The notes below the pieces were generated by a model. The model was given only the letters and a program-made list of their open reading frames with translations. It was not told where the DNA came from and did no database searches. From positions 1-25,141 of the forward strand of contig NW_021836208.1 of assembly GCF_006345805.1 (NCBI RefSeq): DNA of 25,141 nucleotides. Reading direction: 5' to 3'. Positions 9,457-19,965 of the stretch are shown here, one piece after another. Made by a program: the position numbers and the translations under genes. The stretch is from Octopus sinensis. Its lineage: Eukaryota. Position 1 is the stretch's first letter; every line of letters begins with the position of its first letter.

Positions 9457-10300
9457 GTAAGCATCTTAAGAAGTTGGATTCTATTTATTAAGTTTCGGAG
9501 ATGTCAACTTCCAGCCCTAACACCCTTTTATGTTTGTTACCCTTAATAGCATCTACTTATGCTAAACCAGAGTGGATTACTTTTCTCGGTTATGTTTTCT
9601 TTGAGTATCTTATTCATCTCTGATCGATTAAACTCATGAATAACGTCTGAGTGGCAGCGTGGTTGTTACAAGTATTACAACGAGTCACAAATGGAAGTAC
9701 GAGCGATGTTTTAGCTTTAAGTTTCATTCACAATATTTATTGATTGATACAGTCAGTTTATCTGAAGCCACCGACAACATAGCCTTAAACCTTAGTTTAA
9801 GCACAACTAATTCAAAGATATAACTGGCGGAACTATCCATGTCAATTATAGAGATTTTAACGCAGAAGATAGAGTGACAAAACAGAAATGCTTACTGTTT
9901 TCTTTTTTCTTTTTGCTTTCAAAGGTCTACAAATCTTTGAAATGTATCCATATTTTTTTAATAATTGTAACAAATAGTTTCAAGGTTGGACAATAGCTGC
10001 AAATGGTGCGACGAGGTGCACCTGGACACGAGATCGAATTCATTTCAGTTTTCTAAATGTCTTTCTAATCAATTGTGCTGAGGAGACTGCATAATTGTCT
10101 ATTGAGAGGAAGAAACTTTTATGATAATTTCAAAAGCACGAACCTGATTTACGACTGATCTCAATGATAAGATTTTATTTTGCAGTTGTCTGATTCGTAT
10201 ACAAACAGAAGGAATCCCAGTTATGAATAAGCCACGAATATTTTCGTCTGTATTGATCGACTGTGACATTTCTCAGGTTATGAAGAGACCTGATATATAT

Positions 10301-10440
10301 TTTATCTTTTACTTGTTTCAGTCATTGGGCTGCGGCAATCTTGGGGCACCGCCTTGAAGGGTTTAGTCGAACAAGTCAACCACAGTACTTACTTTATACG
10401 ACTGGCACTTTCTCTATCCGTTTCTTTTGCCGAACCGCAC
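10301..10440 (-). mobile_element. Diverged SINE family A 3' fragment
   Basis: TTTTACTTGTTTCAGTCATT..CTGCGGC...GGGGCACCGCCTTGAAG...TTTTGCCGAACCGC matches the reverse of the family A tail. Confidence 0.8.
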
Positions 10441-10571
10441 AGTGTAAGCGTGTGTGTGCGGGGGAGGGATGGTACAAATACAAAGGCACACACTCATTCT
10501 CCCACACAATGCACACAGCAGGTAGTCTTCTCGATGGAGACCGATGTCTCCTCATATGAGGAGAAAATATT

Positions 10572-11127
10572 CTTTTCTACTCTAGGCACAAGGCCCGAAA
10601 TTTTGGGGGAGGAGCCAGTCGATTAGATCAACTTCAGTACGCAACTGGTACTTAATTTATCGACCCTGAAAGGATGAAAGGTAAAGTCGACCTCGGCGGA
10701 ATTTGAACTCAGAGCATAAAGACGGACGAAATACCTATTTCTTTACTACCCACAAGGGGCCAAACACAGAGGACAAACAAGGACAGACAAACGGATTAAG
10801 TCGATTATATAGACCCCAGTGCGTAACTGGTACTTATTTAATCGACCCCGAAAGGATGAAAGGCAAAGTCAACCTCGGCGGAATTTGAACTCAGAACGTA
10901 GCGGCAGACGACCCAGAAGGGGCCAAACACATAGGAAAAACAAGGACAGACAAACGGATTAAGTCGACTATATCGACCCCAGTGTGTAACTGGTACTTAT
11001 TTAATCGACCTCGGAAGGATGAGAGGCAATTCGACCTCGGTGGAATTTGAACTCAGAACGTAACGGCAGACGAAATACGGCTACGCATTTCGCCCGGCGT
11101 GCTAACGATTCTGCCAGCTCGCCGCCT
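10572..11127 (-). mobile_element. Chimeric trimer of SINE family B (tRNA head, Deu/Nin-like central domain) with 17-bp TSD
   Basis: Units 10572-10735, 10736-10911, 10912-11126; B-box GAGTTCAAATTCC on minus in each; TSD TATGAGGAGAAAATATT at 10555-10571 and 11128-11144. Confidence 0.93.
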
Positions 11128-11895
11128 TATGAGGAGAAAATATTGTTAGACTTGACGATATTCTCGTTTGTCTGAAAGCAACTATCTTGCTCTCTCTCTT
11201 ACGCTGTCAATTCCATTCCTTTACAGTGGTGGCGTGAGACATGAGCTACTTCTAATTCAATGCTTCAGAAAGATGGTTGAAGTAAGAAGCCATCTACTCG
11301 ACTAGAGCTGACTTGGAATTAAACATCAATGCACCCTCCTCCTGGCCACCGTATATCAACTAAGACGTTTTGTCGTTTAGCCCAGTTCGACCTTGTTTCT
11401 CTCTTATGCATTTTGCCCATTTTCTTTTGGCTTAGGAAATTTACTTTCCGAGATTTCCATCTCAAATTGATCACTACGATATGGCTTCCGGCCTAAACAA
11501 TTCTGCATTGAATAACTTTCATTAAGCTTCTTCCCTAGAATTGTAATTATTGAACTGAACGAATCAATGAGACGCTGAAGATCATTCAATAATTTAGGGG
11601 AGGGGGTGTCTTGTGTTTCTGCTTCAAAATCTTTCTAAAATGTTTGAACTCCGAGAATCATTTGCTCTTAAAAGAATAAAAAAAAAAAAGGTTTTTTTTT
11701 TCACACTACATTAAATATAAGGCTTTAGCTGCGTAGCAAACGTTCTTCATTCCTTGCAGATTAGGGAGTTGGTCTCCCTCCCACCACCGCGTTGTCCACC
11801 CTTGAAAAATTAATTTTCTAAACGAAGCCACGTACCGAAATATTATATAAATGAAAGTGCAACTATGTCCAAACGAAAAAACTGTGCCTACCTTA

Positions 11896-12310
11896 TACGA
11901 AGCGGTACCCAAAAGAAATCGGAATTTTGCAATGCTATTTTATTCACTTAGTTTTACAGGTTTACACTTTTATCACCTTCAAAGTAATCTCCATTTGAAG
12001 CAATGCATTGATCCAGACGCGTTTTCCACGGTTGGAAGCAGTGCTAGAACTCTTGTGAATTGATGCCTTTTAACGCCTCCGTCGTTTCTTTTCTTCACTT
12101 CTTCCACATCTGCAAATTCCGTAGTATCAGCTTTCATCATCAGTGATGACCTTCGAAAAATGATTCGGATCAACTTTCAACTATTCTTTCAGTTCACGAC
12201 ACGCATTCAGCCGTGACGGCTTTTGATCTTCCGTGAACAAGCGAGGCACAAATTTTGCTACAAATCTTTCCATTCGCAATTCTTTGCTCGTTTAGTGAAG
12301 ACGAAAGGAT
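11896..12310 (-). mobile_element. Internally deleted mariner relic, second family, with one TIR
   Basis: Minus strand: ELRMERFVAKFVPRLFTEDQK.SRLNACRELKE*LKVDP..FSKVITDDES*YYG joined directly to FADVEEVKK...WKTRLDQCIASNGDYFEGDK; TIR-like TACGAAGCGGTACCCAAAAGAAATCGGAATT from 11896. Confidence 0.85.
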
Positions 12311-12517
12311 CAGTTCTATTAAAAGAAGCACTGAAGTTTAACCGGCGGGGGAGAGTAACTGGCGGGGACATTTAAGAAGGGAAAGAAATATTTAAAAAAA
12401 ATAATAATTAAATGCTGTGAATTAAGAACTGAAAATTGGAAGTTAAAAATTAAGCACCGCAAATCGGAAATTTAAAGGCAAAGGAGTAAAATAATCTTTT
12501 GAAATATCTATATAAAT

Positions 12518-12762
12518 AATTGTAGCGTGAAAGGTGTTTGTAAGCCATTTAAGAAACACACAGCACGGATTTTTGTCAGTGAACAGGTCGCGGATTTTAG
12601 CGACGAAAATATTTTGACAAATTAAACTTAAATGTTGAAGTGAGTCGAACGGCTTTTGTGTGTTTCTTAAATGGCTTACAAACACCTTCCACGCTGCAAT
12701 TGTTTTCGTTTCAGCACACGATCTCAGATCAAATCACTTGCTATGCGAGTACACCTCCGTAA
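12518..12762 (+). mobile_element. Probable Penelope-like pseudo-LTR fragment with inverted 5' arm (copy 2)
   Basis: 45-bp inverted arms 12518-12562/12657-12701 (2 mismatches); body homologous to 4719-4905. Confidence 0.65.
12572..12621 (+). ncRNA. Variant minimal hammerhead-ribozyme-like motif (G3-C8 core), second copy
   Basis: All 50 nt identical to 4719-4768. Confidence 0.7.
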
Positions 12763-13159
12763 TATATAAATAAGAAATAAGAAAAAATGTTGTTTACCCT
12801 GCTTCCTTCCAATAATCTCAAATGGTTTGCGATAGTTATATTCTATAGTTTTTATTATTTACCCCAATAAATTGTTTGCTCATTAAAATAGTATTTATTA
12901 CTGTAAACCCTTAGTTATAAGAGTCCTCAACAAGTACAAGCCTAGTTGGAGTGGAGCATAGTTTTTAAGTTTGTATGCAATAAAGAAATTAAAAATATTG
13001 GAAAAAGGAAGAAACGAAACAGAATCGTTCTTTATTTAGTGGTATTCGTCCTTCAAACATTTCCAGTCTCTGAAGATTTTCAAGTATTTCTAAGTTTCTG
13101 ATTTTGACTAAAATTCCTGTAGAAATTCAGAAATTCTGATTTCCCTTTTACGGAAAAGC

Positions 13160-13199
13160 ATTATCCTTAGCACTAAATCACACACACACACACACACAC

Positions 13200-13264
<65 letters not shown>
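13160..13264. repeat. (CA)n microsatellite
   Basis: Directly visible. Confidence 0.95.
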
Positions 13265-13265
<1 letters not shown>

Positions 13266-13460
13266 GGGAGAGTTTACGAAAAAGCAAAAGACGAAGACAG
13301 GTGGTGTACAAAACAAACAGATGTATTAGTATAATGCCCAGGAATAGAAAAAGTCTTTTACGTTTCGAGCCAACGCTCTTCTACAGGAAGGGATACAAAA
13401 ACAAACAAGGAGAGAAACAAGGAGAGAAAAAAATGTGTGTAGTGGCTAACGATCTATCAT
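13265..13460 (-). mobile_element. Probable Penelope-like pseudo-LTR fragment carrying a hammerhead-like motif (13353-13390)
   Basis: Minus strand pyrimidine-rich tract then CTGTAGA-A-GAGC(GTTG)GCTC-GAAA-CGT-A-AAAGAC; downstream TACTAATA motif also follows the 4039 motif. Confidence 0.55.
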
Positions 13461-13464
13461 ATAT

Positions 13465-14013
13465 ATAAACTTAGATAAACTTAGACCTGTTTCGACCAAT
13501 GATTGGTCCAGGCCATGTCTAACTTAATAGCACCACCTGATAGGATTATTCGAATCCTGTTTAAGTCAAGTTTTGCTTATGGTCCATTCAAGTAGTGAGT
13601 TTTTGTTGGGTGAGTTGTATCCAGTTATGGGTGGCTTATCTGGTATTCCTTGAAGGAATCTATCCAGACTCCGTTTAAAGTTGATAGTATCCTGTTCCTC
13701 TTTGATCCCTTTCGGGACAATGTTAAATAGGGCAGGGCCTGTTGAGGAAAAGAAATTATGTTGCAGTGTACATGTATGCTGTGATCCTGAATTGGGCAGG
13801 GGACGTATGGCCCGTGGTCCCAGTCTTGGATGAACCTTGAAGCTAATGTTCAGGTCGTTTGGGCAAAGTTAGCGGTATATTCTCCACATCGTACAAATGA
13901 TGTACCGCTCACGGCGACGCTGGAGAGAGTAGAGTTTCAAGGTTTTAAGGCGGTCCCAATAATCGAGAGCAGCCATGCCTTCAATTCGTTTAGTGAGTGC
14001 TCTCTGGGGTGAT
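13465..14013 (-). mobile_element. 5'-truncated CR1-like LINE, ORF2 C-terminus plus 3' UTR
   Basis: SPQRALTKRIEGMAALDYWDRLKTLKLYSLQRRRERY..TMWRIYR*LCPNDL...GPALFNIVPKGIKEEQDTINFKRSLDRFLQGIPDKP...EWTISKT*; one in-frame stop (13869-13871), terminal stop 13566-13568; 3' stem-loop and (CTAAGTTTAT)x2 tail. Confidence 0.92.
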
Positions 14014-14017
14014 TTAT

Positions 14018-14048
<31 letters not shown>

Positions 14049-14379
14049 AAGCACTAAAATTACGCAGGCTCGTAACTCAATGGATTTTGCGGCTGAATAT
14101 AGTAAAAAACGCACTAAATTTTAATGCGAAAAGCTTTACATTGGCAGCCTTGTAAAAGGAAATACAACAATCAAAGAAGATAATCTAGAAAGATGTTTTT
14201 TTTTCTCTTTAATAATCACTGTTATTACATTTGTGAGTGTCGGCGGTATTTGAAAATAGTATGAGATAAAGTTTGAAAGAGTATTTATCTTAAAGATGTT
14301 ATACACCCCTCGCTATTCTTCTCGTTCGTTTGTTTCTTCCTCCCTTCCTTCCTTCCTTCTTTCATTCATTCATTCATTC

Positions 14380-14806
14380 ACCTCCCTCCACCATCATCAT
14401 CATCATCCTGATCATGATCACGATCATCTTTGACGTCGTCGTTGTCGTCGTGGTAATCATCGTGATCTTCGTTATCGTTAACGTTGTCGTCGTCATCATG
14501 ATCATGATTGTCATCATCAACATCGTTGGCATTGTCGTTGTCATCATCATCATCAGTAACAGCGGCAGCGGCAACCGTTCCTGCCATCTTCGCATCACCC
14601 AATACACTACGACCGCCACCACCACCACCACACCACCACCACCACCACCACCACCACCACCATCATCATCATCACCACCACATGTCAACGACAACCAACA
14701 CTACCACTACAACCACCGCCATCGCCGCTATCACAACAACGATATGACGATCACCGCCACCACCACCACCAAGCCACCTAGCACCAGCACCGCCACCGCC
14801 CCCGCA

Positions 14807-14862
<56 letters not shown>

Positions 14863-14890
14863 GCCGCCGCCGCCGCCACCGCCGCCTCCG
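14380..14890. repeat. Compound (CAT)/(CGT)/(CAC)/(CCG) trinucleotide low-complexity region
   Basis: Directly visible; about 15 uninterrupted CCG units at 14814-14860. Confidence 0.9.
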
Positions 14891-15620
14891 ACGACCAGCC
14901 GATGGAGGGAGGCCCATTAAATTGCTTCCTACACAACGTTTCTATTACAAACGCACCCGTTTGCCGAAATCCGTCAGACCCATCAGATTAATTCCCCTGT
15001 TTACGTTTCCAGCCCTTTCTCTCTCTCCCTATATACAAGACAGTAACCCTAAACCTTCAAAATAAACCAAAGTCCCCCAATTAATGGCTTGTTTGTGTTT
15101 TTGAAGGTGTTGGGAAGTGGGCAGGGTCGTGACAGGGGGGGGGGACAACGACCAATTTTTTTTCTCTCTCTCTCTCTTAGCGCCTTCTATAATTTCTATA
15201 ATTTGGGACTCCTCCTTCCTTTATCTTCTTCCTCGCTTCCCTTTTCGCTTCCATGCCCACCCCTTCCCCTTCCCATCGTCCTTCTCTTCTTTCACTTACT
15301 CTCTCTTTCTCCTTCTTGTCTTCCTCTTCTTTAAGCGAGCTAATGGGTTAGTTAATGATGGATTTTGTGACAGAATTAGTTTGCTAGTGATGATAGTATC
15401 AGTGGTGGTGGTAGCATAGATGTAGTGGTGATAATAGTGGTAGTAGTATTACTATTAGTAGTATAGTAGTAGTAGTAGTAGTACAATACTGGTGTTGGTC
15501 GTAGTATTGGTGTAGTGGAGGTGGTGTTACTGGTAGCAGTATTGGTGCGGTGAGGGTTACAGCGATAGTATTTGTGTGGCGAGAGTGGTGTTAGTGCCGC
15601 GGTAGTTTAAGGGTATTTAA

Positions 15621-16275
15621 GTGTGTGCGTTAAGGGCATTTTGCTGTTATTTCTAGTAGGTCGGGTGGCCGCATAGAGGCCTTCCCTCGTTGGTTCGAGG
15701 TAATAACTGTGTCTGTTGTTATTTAGCCTAAGATCAATCCTGATCAGTCAGATATGAATAATGGTTTTCTAGCGATAACCGCCCCCAGTTTATTTTCAGG
15801 CATCATATATCGAGGACTACATTAGCCAATGTATCCTGCCATTTTGAAGATGCCGACGACCGCTCGGTTCAAAGTCTCTCTTGACTAGAAATGGCCTGAA
15901 CTCTTTGTATGACCACCCTCCCTGTACATAACTCCTTGTCCCCCTACATGGCCTTGCTTTTGCTTTTTGAGCCAATAAAAATTGAATTGAATTGAATTGA
16001 ATTGATTTTTTTTCATAACGGTAGGATGTCATTTGAGGGAGACTTGTGTGCTATTTCTTGTATATCGGGTGACCATGTCGAGTTTCCCTTGGTGGCTGTT
16101 ATTGTAGTTGTTCAGCTCCAGGTCAGCACTGGTAGAGCAGACAGGATCAACAGCGTTCCATCCACGACCATCCGTTCTTATATTCAGACAGTGTATATCT
16201 AAGACTGTTATTCAATGTCCTTACTTCTTTTGAGAGTGTGATTTGAAGGAACTTGGCCCTGGTGGTGGTAGCAAG
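15621..16275 (+). repeat. Three head-to-tail diverged copies of repeat family D (15621-15697, 15715-16095, 16107-16275)
   Basis: Recurring GTTGTT(T/C)AGC..AGGTCA head and TTTGAGGGAGA..TGCTATTTC tail; middle copy interrupted by a LINE 3' end. Confidence 0.6.
15847..16005 (+). mobile_element. Short 3' end of a CR1/L2-like LINE
   Basis: KMPTTARFKVSLD*KWPELFV* resembles the CR1-group terminal FK..LD..W motif; AATAAA (15974-15979) followed by a (TTGAA)x5 tail. Confidence 0.6.
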
Positions 16276-16300
16276 ATCAGTGTCCATGTAGATCAGTTAA

Positions 16301-16528
16301 GTAAAGTTATTTTCTCGAGTCATACCGACTCATAAGGGCTGTGGGTTTCCTGGTTTCATGGCATATATATTCGCCACCTGGTTGGGACACCGATTCACCC
16401 CAGGATTACTCATTTTCTCCAGCTGGGTGGACTGGAACAACATGAAATGAAGTGTTTTGCTCAAGGACACAACGCGTCGCTCGGTCCGGGAATCGAAACC
16501 ACAATCTTACGAGCATAAGTCCAACACG
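16301..16528 (-). mobile_element. tRNA-derived SINE family C (CORE-like), slightly 5'-truncated
   Basis: Minus strand B-box GGTTTCGATTCCC, CORE-like GTGTCCTTGAGCAAAACACTTCA...CCAGTCCACCCAGCTG...AAATGAGTA, 3' hairpin GAGTC-GGTAT-GACTC. Confidence 0.8.
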
Positions 16529-16538
16529 ATGATGAGTC

Positions 16539-16570
16539 CGTTGGCATCGTCGTCGTCGTCGTCGTCGTCG

Positions 16571-16606
<36 letters not shown>

Positions 16607-16717
16607 GTAACAGTGGTAACCGCTCCTGCCATCTTCGCATCACCCAATACAGTACGACCGCCACCACCAGCACCACCACCACCACCAACATCATCATCCC
16701 CACCACATGTCAACGAC
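16539..16717 (+). repeat. Direct repeat of 14524-14692
   Basis: Shared unique core CCTGCCATCTTCGCATCACCCAATACA..ACGACCGCCACCACC and flanks CGTTGGCAT and CCACCACATGTCAACGAC. Confidence 0.9.
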
Positions 16718-16912
16718 ATTAAGCCACGTGCCTCCACAAGTAGCTCAGTGGTCCTCAACTAGGGTCCACGTAACCCTTGAAAGTCCATATAAGATTCAGC
16801 TTTTAAAACTTTTGTGTAATTTGTTTATAAATTTTACAAAACACAAAATATTTCAAACATTTTTTAATACAATTCTTAAATACTAATTATGAAAATGTTC
16901 TTTTATTTTTAT

Positions 16913-17147
16913 ATTCTTTTATTTGTTTCAGCCATTTAACTGCGGCCATGCTGGAGCACCGCCTTTAGTCGAGCAAATCGACCCAGGACTTATTCTTTGT
17001 AAATCTAGTACTTATTCTATCGGTGACTTTTGCCGAACCGCCGAGTTACAGGGATGTAAACGCACCAGCATCGGTTGTCAAGCGATGCTGGGGAGGGGGA
17101 GGGAAAACACAGAAACAGAACATATACACATACATACATACATTCAT

Positions 17148-17179
<32 letters not shown>

Positions 17180-17353
17180 ACACATATATATATACGACGG
17201 ACTTCTTTCAGTTTCCGGCTACCAAATCCACTCAAAAGGCTTTGGTCAGCCTGAGGCTATAGTAGAAGACACTTGCCCAAGGTGCCACGCAGTGGGACTG
17301 AATCCGGAACCATGTGGTTGGTAAGCAAGTTACTCCCCTCACAGCCACTCCTG
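16913..17353 (-). mobile_element. SINE family A, near full length, more diverged
   Basis: Colinear with 8576-9108. Confidence 0.92.
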
Positions 17354-17493
17354 GAACTTTTTAAAACATCGAATGTCTACGGGTGTTCGGTAGAGTACAA
17401 TACGAATCAAAGGGGTCCATAGGTAAAAAATGATTGATGCAGGGTTTCCATCTTTATTGTGTCGTATTCTTTGTTGTTATTGTTGATGCTGGA

Positions 17494-17662
17494 GTTGTTT
17501 AGCTGAAGGCCACCCCTGGGTGAACAACCTTATGATCAAAGGCATCTCACCTTTGATCGTTCCAATTTTTGGCGGTATCTACGCTTACATTTCCAAATAC
17601 ATTCTTTTTTAAAGTCGTTAGTCTTTATGTAGCAGGATATTTGACTGCTATTTTTAGCAAGT
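17494..17662 (+). repeat. Repeat family D copy
   Basis: GTTGTTTAGC head, ATGATCAAAGGCAT, tail TTTGACTGCTATTTTTAGCAAG. Confidence 0.6.
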
Positions 17663-17802
17663 GATTCAATCACACAGTTTCAAATGTATGTTTTATTCCC
17701 TGGGTTATATCTCTGATTGGTTTTAAACTGCTACATTTGGAGTTAAGGGCTGGCTTCTCTTGTAGGATACATAGAGGCTTCTTCGTTATATTTCTCTATA
17801 TT

Positions 17803-18005
17803 GGTTTCAAATTTTGGCACTGGACCAGCAATTTTGGGAGATTGAATCGACTCCAGTACTCAACTGGTACTTATTTTAGCAACCCTGAAAGGATGAAAGG
17901 CAAAGTAGACCCCGGCGGAATTTGAACTGAGAAAAGTAAAGGCGGTTGAAATGCCGCTAAACATTTCGCCCGCCGTGCTAACGATTCTGCTAGATCGCTG
18001 TCTTC
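17803..18005 (-). mobile_element. SINE family B monomer with 14-bp TSD
   Basis: TSD TATTTCTCTATATT at 17789-17802 and 18006-18019; CCCTGAAAGGATGAAAGG core. Confidence 0.92.
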
Positions 18006-18026
18006 TATTTCTCTATATTACAAACT

Positions 18027-18117
18027 TAAATTAAGTACCAGTTGCGTACTGGGGTCGATCTAATCGACTGGCCTCCTTCCCCAAAATTTTGGGTCTTGTG
18101 CCTAGAGTAGAAAAGTA
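18027..18117 (+). mobile_element. SINE family B 3' fragment
   Basis: TTAAGTACCAGTTGCGTACTGGGGTCGATCTAATCGACT...TTGTGCCTAGAGTAGAAAAG is the reverse of 10572-10660. Confidence 0.88.
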
Positions 18118-18273
18118 TTTTAGAAACTTAAAGTATTTTGACTCACAGTTATCCGTTTAACTTTTCTGTATTCAAATCTAAATAATGTTTTTTTTTATTT
18201 ATTAAAAATTATCTTTTACAAGATTTTCAGAAATAATTTGAGTTTTTTGCAATTTTATCGCAACAATGTTGGT

Positions 18274-18450
18274 CTGTTTACGTCCAACTGAGCGCTTCAG
18301 CCAAAGAATCCGATAGAATATGCACCAGACTTAAAATAGATTAAGTACTGGAGTCGATTCCCACGAAAAGACCGAGACTGGTCCCCCGTGCTAACGATTC
18401 TTCAAGATGGTACCTCAGCATGTCTGTGGTCAAATGACTGAAACAAATAA
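18274..18450 (+). mobile_element. Diverged SINE family A 3' fragment
   Basis: TGTTTACGTCC...CCGATAGAATA...AAGTACTGGAGTCGATT...GTCAAATGACTGAAACAA. Confidence 0.75.
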
Positions 18451-18482
18451 ACGATATATGCATTATTTCGATTCCCGGGCTA

Positions 18483-18565
18483 GAATTGAACTCGAAACAC
18501 AAAGAGCAGGAACAGACTCCGAAAGGTATTTTATCCAACTTCCTAACGATACTGGCAATCTACCG
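18483..18565 (-). mobile_element. Diverged SINE family B head
   Basis: GAATTGAACTC...CTAACGATACTGGCAATCTACCG aligns to GAATTTGAACTC...CTAACGATTCTGCCAGCTCGCCG. Confidence 0.6.
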
Positions 18566-18961
18566 TTCTGGCCTGGTCCTTAATTTATCGACTGAAATAA
18601 GATGGTAGATAGGACCACACAACAGACTGTGTCACCTGTCACCAGTCTACAACCGGATTGGTTGTCAATTATCTCAACACATTTGTGGCTAGAGATGCAG
18701 ACGCTTTAACACAGCGCTGTGGACATCAAACACGCGCTTTTGTTGTTACACTTGTTAAACTTAGTAAGCATATAATAGATCTAGGATTTCCAGCAAACTT
18801 GGAAACATCCGGGACAGCAACGAAATGCAGACTACCACGTTTCGTATCACACCTAAAAATTTTTAATCCCCTGCAACCCACAGAACCACCACCACCACCA
18901 CCACCACCACCACCATCACTAGATCTTGTTTAGCCCCGCTGTGTATTCTGAACTAATAAAC

Positions 18962-19117
18962 CTTACTTTTTACTTGTTTCAGTCATTAGATTGCAGTCAT
19001 GCTGGGGCACTGCATTGAAGAGTTTTTTTGTTGCATGAATCGACCCCAATACTTATTTCATGAAAGCTTGGTACTTATTCTATCGGTCTCTTTTGAGGAC
19101 CAATAAGTTACGGGGAC
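18962..19117 (-). mobile_element. Diverged SINE family A 3' fragment, apparently inserted in a family D copy (18926-19255)
   Basis: TTTTACTTGTTTCAGTCATT...GGTACTTATTCTATCGGTCTCTTTTG; family D head at 18926 and tail at 19150-19255 flank it. Confidence 0.75.
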
Positions 19118-19965
19118 GAATAATGATAAATTCTCATTTGAGAAATTCAGACCGTCTTTTTTGTAACATCTATGGCTAAATTGTCCATATTATGTTTTCT
19201 TTTTAAGAAAATTGTGCGTAATTTGTGAGAAACTTGATTGCTATTTTCAGCAAGTAGATCTCCTTTGTTGGTTCAATTGTACCCGTTTAATACTATGTGA
19301 ATTCACAATTTTTTTTATCAAATAATTCGTATTTTTTAAAAATTATATTTCATGTAAGAAATTATTGCCGTGGAAATAAAATATGCTCTTGTTGTTATGT
19401 TGTTACATTTGTTTGATTAAATCCGCAATTCTTAATCTGAAGGAAATTTCAGTCTTTAGGTAAAAAGATTTAAAAAAAAAGGGTTTTCAGAGAAAAACCC
19501 TAATCAGTATTTGTACTATTTTTTGCTAAATTTGTTGATTGTAAAGATGCTAATGTTAAATTAAAAGAATGGCTCTTAAGGTTATGAAATAAATTATGCT
19601 TTATTCAAGGTGACTTATCGTAGCATTCATCGGGTTTGAGATGACAAGCATGATTTTGAAATCCACTAACTTCTAACGTTTTCTAATAACAATGGCTGAA
19701 AATTTGCTTGGAAGGCACAGACAACGGAAAATCCTTTTTCTATAATTGACTGTAACTAAATTTAACGATACTGGAGACACCAAAACGGCCTCTGATCTCT
19801 TGAACAGCGTAGATTCATAACACTTTTCAAATCCATTAAAAATGTCCGTGTATTTCCTTGTTGTCACATTGTTGTGTCTTACTCCCTTGACCTTACACAA
19901 TTTCGAATTCACCTTAGAATATTAACCCTCCTGAAAACCATTTCCCCTCACATAATTTCTCTAAG

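Noticed and set aside
11760-11813. Exon after a strong TTCCTTGCAG acceptor
   Set aside because: All three frames stop before any plausible donor
13484-13514. Hairpin plus GAAAC as a hammerhead
   Set aside because: No CUGANGA-like segment; better explained as the LINE 3' stem-loop
14330-14920. 196-aa ORF and overlapping poly-V/P/A/H ORFs
   Set aside because: Stop-free trinucleotide repeats; several frames and both strands are open; no domain
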